A stretch of 64,000 nucleotides of DNA from sequence record ON529853.1; one strand, 5' to 3'. A program made the position numbers and the translations under genes. Shown one piece after another: positions 19,732-26,168 of this stretch (positions are counted from its first letter, which is position 1; each line of letters starts with the position of its first letter). The notes beneath the pieces were generated by a model. The model was not told where the DNA came from. It was given only the letters and a program-made list of their open reading frames with translations, and searched no databases.

Positions 19732-20260
19732 CGTCGCCGTCCTCCTCGTCCTGGGGCATATCCTCGGCGTCGGTCAGGCCGGTGACGGTCCACCAGCCGA
19801 GGCCTTGAGCGTCACCCGACGTGTAGCCTTCGCGGACCATCGTCGCCATCGCTTCCAACGCGTCGGCCACGTCCTCGTCGGTCATGGCGTCGTGACCGTT
19901 GAAGGTGAAGGTCGGCTTGACCGTCACCGGGGCGGGGGTCGATTCGCTGTTGATCTCTTCATGATGCGTCACGCTCTCGGCGACGATCTCAGCGAGGTCG
20001 TCGCCGACCAGCATCCAGTCTTCGGCGTCGCCGTCCGGGTCATAGACGACGAAGGCGCCGGGGTATTGCGCGACGCGGGCGCGCCAGCCGTTGCGCACCT
20101 CGGCGTGTTTCTCGGCGATCCAGTCGGCGCCCATATGGGTTGCGCCCTCGTAGGCTCTGACCGGGAAATTGGTCGTCATCAGTTCGCTGCGGGTGGCGAC
20201 GCGCAGGCCCCACACGTCGAGGGCGGTCTGGGCTTGCGTCAGGGTCATGGCGTCGGGCAT
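19724..20260 (-). CDS. hypothetical protein
   Basis: GGAGG RBS before MPDAMTL. Confidence 0.75.
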   Translation of the reverse strand: MPDAMTLTQAQTALDVWGLRVATRSELMTTNFPVRAYEGATHMGADWIAEKHAEVRNGWRARVAQYPGAFVVYDPDGDAEDWMLVGDDLAEIVAESVTHHEEINSESTPAPVTVKPTFTFNGHDAMTDEDVADALEAMATMVREGYTSGDAQGLGWWTVTGLTDAEDMPQDEEDGDDD

Positions 20261-20270
20261 CGGGGCCTCC

Positions 20271-20468
20271 TTAGAGATGGATCGCGGCGTCGAACGCCTG
20301 GGATTGCAGTTTCTTGGCGGCTTCGGCCTCGGCGGGGTAGAGCCGGGCCAGGCCGTCAAAGCGTTCTTTCTGATGCGAGCGCTCGCCCTCGGCGGCGGTC
20401 ATGTGCATGACCTCGCCCCACAGGTGGGCCATTTCGAGGATCAGGACAGAGCGGCGGGAAGCGTTCAT
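20271..20468 (-). CDS. hypothetical protein
   Basis: RBS and CtrA box 20510. Confidence 0.75.
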   Translation of the reverse strand: MNASRRSVLILEMAHLWGEVMHMTAAEGERSHQKERFDGLARLYPAEAEAAKKLQSQAFDAAIHL

Positions 20469-20520
20469 GGCGGTCTCCTTGTTGACCTCGCCACCCTAGC
20501 AGCGAGGTCTTAACAAGAGG

Positions 20521-20766
20521 TTAACAGCGGCGGAGCATTTCACGCATCAGGGCTTCCTCGTTGCGGGCGATGTCCAGCGCGGCGCGGTCGTGGCCTTGCT
20601 CATGCGCCTGCTTGGCCTGCTGTCGGCAGATGTCCTGGCGCTTGCGGATGTCAGCCTCCGACAGGGTGCGGAACAGGGCGTCGGCCTCCTGATCGACCTT
20701 GACGGTCCAGTGCTGCTGCGATTCGTCGTCGGCGCGGAGATGGGCGGGGAAGTAGGCGTCGGCCAT
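20521..20766 (-). CDS. hypothetical protein
   Basis: GGAGG RBS; stop inside next box. Confidence 0.75.
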   Translation of the reverse strand: MADAYFPAHLRADDESQQHWTVKVDQEADALFRTLSEADIRKRQDICRQQAKQAHEQGHDRAALDIARNEEALMREMLRRC

Positions 20767-20774
20767 GGGTCCTC

Positions 20775-21086
20775 CTAAAGGTTCTGGTCGCGGACGCGGG
20801 CGAGCGCGGTGTGGACGGCGGGGAGCAGGGTCGGCGTCTGGCCGCTCATCCAGAACTCGGTCGCGTCGCCCTCGCCCATCTGATGCGAGACGCCGTAGAA
20901 GCAGGCGCCGCGCGGGGTGTCGTCATTGGGGCATTGGACCCAGACCGGCAGGTCTTGGCCGTCGCGGGTGAGGACCAGCGCGTCATCCGTGCTGCCGTCG
21001 TCGGCGACCTCATAGCGGGCCGACAGGCCGGCAGCGGTCAGCAGGGTCATGGCGGCGGTCCAGGGGGCGCCTTGGGGAAGGGGCAT
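20775..21086 (-). CDS. hypothetical protein
   Basis: RBS and CtrA box 21128. Confidence 0.75.
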   Translation of the reverse strand: MPLPQGAPWTAAMTLLTAAGLSARYEVADDGSTDDALVLTRDGQDLPVWVQCPNDDTPRGACFYGVSHQMGEGDATEFWMSGQTPTLLPAVHTALARVRDQNL

Positions 21087-21221
21087 TGCGATCTCCTTTG
21101 TGCTGACCCTGTTCTAGCAATGATTCGTTAACAAGAGGTTAACGTCCTGCGCGGTGGTCCGGGGCGTTAACCTTAACAGGGTCAGGCCGGAAAACGCCCC
21201 GGCCGAAGCCGGGGCGCAGGG

Positions 21222-22112
21222 TCAGCCGACCCGCTCCTTCTTGAGGTGGTAGGACCGACCGTGGGTCATCAGGGAGCGGAACCCGCCCAACCGGGTCTCG
21301 CCCGGCGCCGGGGTCACGACATAGACCGGATCGAGGAAGTCGTCGTTCCAGCGGATCACGTCGTCGAACGCCTGCGGCGTGTGCAGCACGACCTTATAGG
21401 GTTCGCCTTCGGGCGCGACCAGATCGGTGGTGTGGTCCTCGTCGCCCTTGTAGCCGAACACCGACAGGACCGCGACCGGCAAGCCGTCGTCGAGCGTCGA
21501 GAGGTCTTGCAGGGCGCGGGCCTCGGCCAGCCGCTTGTGCGGCTCATAGAGGGCGCAGTCGCGCTTGAGCAGGTCAGCGCGCAAGGCGACGACACGCTGG
21601 GGCGTCAGGTCCAGAGACGCGCAGGCCCCGATGACGACGCCGTAGATGAAGCCGAGTGCGTGCTGCGTGAGCGACACCATGCCGTCCATTCCCGCCGTCG
21701 CGACCTCCTGATTTTTCAGGCCGAACGCCGCCAGGGCGCCGGCGACGTCGCGGCACTCCTGCCGGGTCGGGGCGGTCTTGGCCTCGATGTGGAGGCGCAG
21801 GGTGTCGCGGGCCTTCATCAGGTCCACAATCGCCAGCGACAGGCCGGTGTAGCGTCCATCTTCGACCGGGGCGGGCTTGGGCTTCGGGGCCGGGTAGGTC
21901 TCGACGCACAGCAGGCGGGCGCGGGTCTCCTCGACCGTATAGACCTCGACCTGATAGGCCATGCCGAGCGCCACGCGCAGTTCGTTGCGGATCGCCAGAC
22001 CGGCCTCGGGGTCGGTGGTGGTCAGGCGCAGTTCGCCGATCCGGCGGTCCTCGCCCTGGGCGGGATGGCGGCGCGACAGTTCGAGGCGCAGGTCGTAGGG
22101 GGCGTCGGTCAT
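21222..22112 (-). CDS. hypothetical protein
   Basis: RBS and CtrA box 22155. Confidence 0.8.
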   Translation of the reverse strand: MTDAPYDLRLELSRRHPAQGEDRRIGELRLTTTDPEAGLAIRNELRVALGMAYQVEVYTVEETRARLLCVETYPAPKPKPAPVEDGRYTGLSLAIVDLMKARDTLRLHIEAKTAPTRQECRDVAGALAAFGLKNQEVATAGMDGMVSLTQHALGFIYGVVIGACASLDLTPQRVVALRADLLKRDCALYEPHKRLAEARALQDLSTLDDGLPVAVLSVFGYKGDEDHTTDLVAPEGEPYKVVLHTPQAFDDVIRWNDDFLDPVYVVTPAPGETRLGGFRSLMTHGRSYHLKKERVG

Positions 22113-22165
22113 CAGGGTCTCCCGTGGTTGAGCGTCCGGTATAGCCGGAAGGTCTTAACAAACCG

Positions 22166-22537
22166 TTAACGGCGGTCTTCGCTGAGGCGGGCGAGTATTT
22201 CGTCGTTCGTCATCGTGTCCAGCAGGTCTTGCACCTGACGGGCCTTTTCGTCCTCGACCGCCTGAGCCGCCGCCTTGGCGCGGCGATGCTCGGCCAGCGC
22301 CGCCTTGCCCGCTTCGGTCGTCTCCGGGTCGATGGTCATGTAAAGGCTGACCTCGCGGCCCTGCCGATCCACGAAGGTCAGGCTTCCAGACGGACGCACC
22401 TTGACGGTGAACATCGCCTTGACCAGCCGCTCGGCGGTCTCTTGACCGAAGTCGCCGCCGAAGCTGCCGCCCGCCGCCTTGAGGGTGTTGTCGCTCTTGA
22501 GGCGGGTGTGATAGCCGATGTTCTTGTAGGTGTGCAT
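22166..22537 (-). CDS. hypothetical protein
   Basis: GGAG RBS before MHTYKN; stop inside next box. Confidence 0.75.
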   Translation of the reverse strand: MHTYKNIGYHTRLKSDNTLKAAGGSFGGDFGQETAERLVKAMFTVKVRPSGSLTFVDRQGREVSLYMTIDPETTEAGKAALAEHRRAKAAAQAVEDEKARQVQDLLDTMTNDEILARLSEDRR

Positions 22538-22547
22538 GGGGCGCTCC

Positions 22548-22886
22548 TTAGAAGGGAATGTCGTCGTCGAACGCGGGCGTCGTGACATAGGTCTGGGCGC
22601 GGCGGGCGCGGCGGGCGGCGTCCATCTCGGCGCGCTCCTCGTCCGTCGCGCTCCAATACTCGTCGTCTTCCGGGTGCGCGCCGGGCTCGCCGCGATAGTG
22701 CGGGTTCTTCACCCAAGCGTCGAACGGGTGCAGCAGCCACTCCACGTCAGGCGCCTCGAAGCCTTCCGACTGAGCGAACCCCGACAGGGCCAGGCTCATG
22801 TATTCGCCCTGGCTCAGCGACTCCATCGCCAGAGCGTCTTCCTTTTCGCGGCGGGCCTCTTCGGCCATTTCGATCACATCGCGCAT
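22548..22886 (-). CDS. hypothetical protein (NPHYRGEPGAHPE motif)
   Basis: GGAGA RBS; CtrA box 22928. Confidence 0.75.
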   Translation of the reverse strand: MRDVIEMAEEARREKEDALAMESLSQGEYMSLALSGFAQSEGFEAPDVEWLLHPFDAWVKNPHYRGEPGAHPEDDEYWSATDEERAEMDAARRARRAQTYVTTPAFDDDIPF

Positions 22887-23062
22887 CGGCGTCTCTCCTT
22901 GTGAGCCCCCTTTATGCCAGACATAAGTTAACAACAAGTTAACGCCGACGCTTTTCTGCATTTTTCTTCAGGCGGCGGCTGCGGGCGTTAACCTTAACAG
23001 CCTGTTAAGGTTAACGGGCGGGCGGGGCCTGGGAAACGGCGTCCCGTAACGGGACGCCTCTC

Positions 23063-23131
23063 CTAGAAGGTGAGCATGATGACCAGCAGGGCCAGAAAGA
23101 GGCGGGAGGCGCCGGCCAGCTTGTCGATCAA
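23063..23131 (-). CDS. 22-aa hydrophobic peptide (M)IDKLAGASRLFLALLVIMLTF
   Basis: TTGA overlap; aligns without gaps to the 5266-5334 peptide. Confidence 0.55.
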   Translation of the reverse strand: MIDKLAGASRLFLALLVIMLTF

Positions 23132-23598
23132 GACTCGCTGTCCGCTTTCATCGCCGCGCACAGGGTTTCGACCAGCCGCTTGTGACGCGCCAGAGCGGCG
23201 GGGTCGGCGCGCTCGCCTTGGAAGGGGACCAGCACCAGAGGTGTGGCCGAGGGGTCCAGCGCCCAGAAGATTTCCGTCTCGCCGTCCGTCATCTGGTAGG
23301 TATAGACGTTCAGGTCGGCGGGGGCGTGGTCGAGGAAATAGACGCGCCCGTTGAACTTGACGTCGAAGGGCTGATCCGGCGTCGCCAAGTCGATCTCGGC
23401 CAGCACGGCGTCGCGCACGGCGTCAATCGGGTGAACGCCGTCTTCGCCGATTTCATCAGGACGGGATTCGGCCTCGGCCTCCGCGTCGCGCTTGATGTCC
23501 TCGACCACGGCGGCGCGCGCCTCCTCCCAAGTCGCACAGGCGCTGGGCTCCTCGTCGGGCATGAAGCCCGAGACATTCGATCCGGTCACATAAGGCAT
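23128..23598 (-). CDS. hypothetical protein
   Basis: GGAGA RBS before MPYVTGS; CtrA box 23646. Confidence 0.75.
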   Translation of the reverse strand: MPYVTGSNVSGFMPDEEPSACATWEEARAAVVEDIKRDAEAEAESRPDEIGEDGVHPIDAVRDAVLAEIDLATPDQPFDVKFNGRVYFLDHAPADLNVYTYQMTDGETEIFWALDPSATPLVLVPFQGERADPAALARHKRLVETLCAAMKADSES

Positions 23599-23689
23599 CG
23601 GGGTCTCCTTGTTGGTTCCGATGGTGCAGACTACCCGACAAGGTCTTAACAAAAAGTTAACAGCGGCGCAATCGCTTTTCTTCGCGACG

Positions 23690-23704
23690 TTAACCTCTTG
23701 TTAA
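23690..23704 (+). promoter_or_regulatory. CtrA box in plus orientation (divergent promoter)
   Basis: TTAACCTCTTGTTAA upstream of 23751. Confidence 0.85.
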
Positions 23705-23750
23705 CTTCCGTGTGGGATAAGGGACAGGTCAACAACACAGGAGATCGCCG

Positions 23751-23996
23751 ATGGGCGAAGTCATCCCGCACCGCGTCTGGCGCAACACCCGGACCGAACG
23801 CACCGCTGGCGTGTTCGGCGCCGTGCCTTGGGTCTCGGACGCGGAGAAGTCCGACTGGGAACTGGTCACGGTCGGCTGGACCGTTCGCCACCCGGACGGC
23901 ACGACCGGGGTCGGTCGCTTCGCCTTCGAGACGAAGGACGAGGCGCAGGCTTGGGTCGATGAGAATCCCAACTTCCCCGGCATGAGCCAAGGCTAG
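23751..23996 (+). CDS. hypothetical protein, only plus-strand gene of the array
   Basis: GGAGA RBS, box 23690, hairpin at 24002-24030. Confidence 0.8.
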   Translation: MGEVIPHRVWRNTRTERTAGVFGAVPWVSDAEKSDWELVTVGWTVRHPDGTTGVGRFAFETKDEAQAWVDENPNFPGMSQG

Positions 23997-24153
23997 TCAC
24001 AAGGGCGTCGGTCGCAAGGCCGGCGCCCTTCGCCGCTGCGACCGGCTCGCGTTAACCTTAACAGGGCGTTAACCTTAACAACCCTGCCCGCTCTAGGGGT
24101 ATGACCGGGTAGGGCCAGGTATGACCGGGTCATACCGGGGCGGATTCCCGCTG

Positions 24154-24238
24154 AAAATCACCCAAATTCGCCGAATTTCGCCCAAAATCGCCGGATTTTG
24201 ACCTTAAATCACTGTTTTTACTCGATTTTTCAGGTTTT
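24154..24238. other. 10-bp-phased A/T tracts (predicted curved DNA)
   Basis: Nine consecutive tracts one helical turn apart. Confidence 0.75.
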
Positions 24239-24254
24239 CAGGCGGTTCAGCGGC

Positions 24255-24410
24255 CGTTAACCTTAACAGGGCGTTAACCTTAACGCTGGAATGGTTAACG
24301 GGGCGTTAACCTTAACGCGGGGATGGTTAACGCGGTGTTAACCTTAACGCGGGGATGGTTAACGGGCCGTTTACCTTAACGCCGGGAGGGTTAACGCCCC
24401 CAGGGTTAAT
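24255..24410. repeat. Dense tandem array of TTAA half-sites and 12-mers (~32-bp unit)
   Basis: GTTAACCTTAAC-GCGGGGATG-GTTAAC units. Confidence 0.9.
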
Positions 24411-24415
24411 CCGGG

Positions 24416-24660
24416 GCGCGTCAAATCGGGCGCGCGTCAAATTCGGCCGGCGTCAAATCGAAACGGCGTCAAGTCAGGTCGGGCGCGTTGAAGCGCGCTC
24501 GCGTCAAATCCAGATCGCGTCAAATTCGCGGGGCGTCAAATCGCGCTCCCGTCAAATCGGCCGCGCGTCAAATTCGCAGGGCGTCAAATCGGCCGCGCGT
24601 CAAATCGGCGGGGCGTCAAGTCGACCAGGCGGCGTTGAAGCGCGCCGACGTCAAGTCGGG
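24416..24660. repeat. Repeat family A, right copy: ~14 CGTCAA(A/G)T(T)C units
   Basis: Shares identical 22-mer GCGTCAAATCGAAACGGCGTCA (24450) with left copy (5145). Confidence 0.9.
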
Positions 24661-24857
24661 CTGCCAGGGCGCGCCCGAGCGGGCTTGCGCGGCGCTCCGC
24701 CTTCCAGGGAGGACGACCCGGAAGAAACGGCCTGAAACGCGCCCTGACGCGTCTTTGTAGCCCAGGCAGGGGCGCGGTCAAGCCGAGCGGGGTCGAGAAG
24801 GCCGTTTTCCGGGCCGTGGAGCGCCCTGGCGCGGGCGCGGCGGCCGCAGGGTCGCCG

Positions 24858-25306
24858 GAGTCACGAAATCCATCCACGGGCCGGAAAACCAGGCCCTGCG
24901 GGCGATCGTCAGTCACGATACCTATGAACGATGACTCTGCCTGGATTTTTGTCAGTCACGAAACCCGGAGGCGGGCTTCGCCGGCGATCCTGGCGCCCAG
25001 GCGGATCAGTGTCAGCGGTTGTGTCAATGCGGGACACAATAAGGCGGGATTAGGGCGAAATGGGATTTCAGGGCGGAGTCACGTTCCCCGGAATCGGGGC
25101 TCGGGGCTTCTGTTGATTTCATTGAGGTTTTTCTGGAAATCGCCGCGAAACGGAGTCACGAAGTCCGTTGTGCAGTGCAGCATTGCGGGCGTTTCGGCCG
25201 GGTCCAGACGGGGCGAAACGGAGTCACGTTTTCCTAAGCCGTTGGGATCATTACGCTTTTCCGACAGGGTCAGCACCTGAGTCACGTTTGACACGAACGA
25301 TGACTC
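24858..25306. repeat. Repeat family B, right copy: (G)AGTCACG half-sites and dyads
   Basis: 24858, 24911(+24929), 24954, 25076, 25153, 25221, 25279(+25298). Confidence 0.85.
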
Positions 25307-25322
25307 CGGCATCAGAGGCCCG

Positions 25323-25408
25323 AAAACAGGCAAAATCACTGTAAAATCAGGTATTTAGGGGTGTTTTTCGGGGATTTTAGGCGAATTCAGCGCCGTTTTC
25401 GGTGAAAA
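25323..25408. other. Second phased A/T-tract segment
   Basis: Tracts near 25323,25332,25343,25353,25364,25374,25384,25396,25405. Confidence 0.7.
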
Positions 25409-25569
25409 CGGGCCACAGACTCGCTGGGAAGGTCTTGCCGCCCCGCTGAACGCCCGGCACGCTGCCGATGACGCCGCTTCCGCTCCCAGGGCGAGGGGCG
25501 GATGATCTGGACCGCCCAGAAGAGCAGCAGAAGGAAGACCAGGCCGCCCATCACGATCGCTATCGCCAT
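25387..25569 (-). CDS. 60-aa membrane-anchored basic peptide (MAIAIVMGGLVFLLLLFWAV...)
   Basis: GGAGAG RBS; TM helix plus Arg-rich tail. Confidence 0.5.
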   Translation of the reverse strand: MAIAIVMGGLVFLLLLFWAVQIIRPSPWERKRRHRQRAGRSAGRQDLPSESVARFHRKRR

Positions 25570-25602
25570 TTCGCGCTCTCCAGCCCCCTGGGAAAACACC
25601 CA

Positions 25603-25808
25603 GGGTCCCTGACGGAAAAATTCGGATGGGTCCCCGGTCAGGAATTCGCCAGGGTCCCTGGACGAAGAATTCCGAAGGGTCCCCGGCGGGAAAATTCGCC
25701 AGGGTCCCTCGACCAGAAAATCCCGATGGGTCCCCGCCCGGATTATCGCCAGGGTCCCTGGGCGAAGAATTCCGAAGGGTCCCCGGCCCGAAAATCCGGA
25801 AGGGTCCC
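25603..25808. repeat. Repeat family C, right copy: nine GGGTCCC cores at 24-26 bp period
   Basis: Cores at 25603,25628,25652,25677,25702,25728,25752,25777,25802. Confidence 0.95.
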
Positions 25809-26110
25809 CGCAGGCTACCACGCGGCGGCCGGCGCCGCCATGGGCGCCCGGCGTTAACCTTAATGGGGCGTTAACCATGCCTGTTAAGGTTAACGCCGGG
25901 GCAGGCCGCGTTAACCCTTTGATCGTTAAGGTTAACGCCGGCCGAAACTGGCGCGAGATCGTTGACAGGCGACTCAGACGGGGTGTCGCGCTTATGTCAC
26001 AGTTGAGTGGCGCCTTTGACTGTCAACGAATCGCGTCTGGAAATCGCTTCCAGCGGAGCCCCGGTTTTGGACCTCTTCCTGGCCTTTCCTGGATCATATC
26101 CCAACATCCA

Positions 26111-26140
26111 AAGAAAAAGGCCGGTGCAGGGCACCGACCT
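26111..26140 (-). terminator. Rho-independent terminator after terL
   Basis: AGGTCGGTGC-CCT-GCACCGGCCT followed by TTTTCTTT on minus strand. Confidence 0.8.
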
Positions 26141-26168
26141 CTTTCGAGTCAGACGGGAAGGGGCCGGA

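Larger units (their letters stand above)
421..21218 (-). terminator. Family of GC-rich terminator-like hairpins closing array genes
   Basis: Examples: GCCCGGCGAACCGGGC (421); CCCGGCCGAAGCCGGG-type stems near 9040, 12388, 17564, 19322, 21197 (cUUCGg loop on minus strand); CCGCCGGGGGAGACAACCCGGCGG near 6689, 14636, 18165; U-tails short. Confidence 0.6.
353..23660 (-). promoter_or_regulatory. Array of 31 CtrA-box promoters (consensus TTAA-CCTCTTG-TTAA, then CTAG/TGTAGGG/CTATAG -10-like element, then GGAGA RBS)
   Basis: TTAA-N7-TTAA starting at 353,998,1489,2241,2497(variant),2981,3423,3894,4714,6601,7269,8086,8974,9912,10364,11438,12290,13173,13803,14566,15650,16330,16936,17473,18095,19222,20510,21128,22155,22928,23646; each ~45-60 bp upstream of a start codon. 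Confidence 0.9.
388..25936. repeat. Dispersed GTTAACCTTAAC / GTTAAGGTTAAC 12-mer (~35 copies)
   Basis: Examples at 388,1529,1546,2536,3030,3047,3960,6653,8144,9009,9949,11482,12354,13848,14600,17528,18130,19271,21166,22987,24051,24255,25883,25925. Confidence 0.9.

Noticed and set aside
353-23660. True integron with attC sites
   Set aside because: Motifs do not match GTTRRRY/RYYYAAC, no attC-type hairpins, no integrase in the window; cassettes carry their own promoters
24355-25878. ORFs translated from the repeat region (e.g. 24355-24735, 25387-25878 full length, 25468-25857)
   Set aside because: Low-complexity translations of DNA repeats; only the RBS-supported 60-aa ORF was kept
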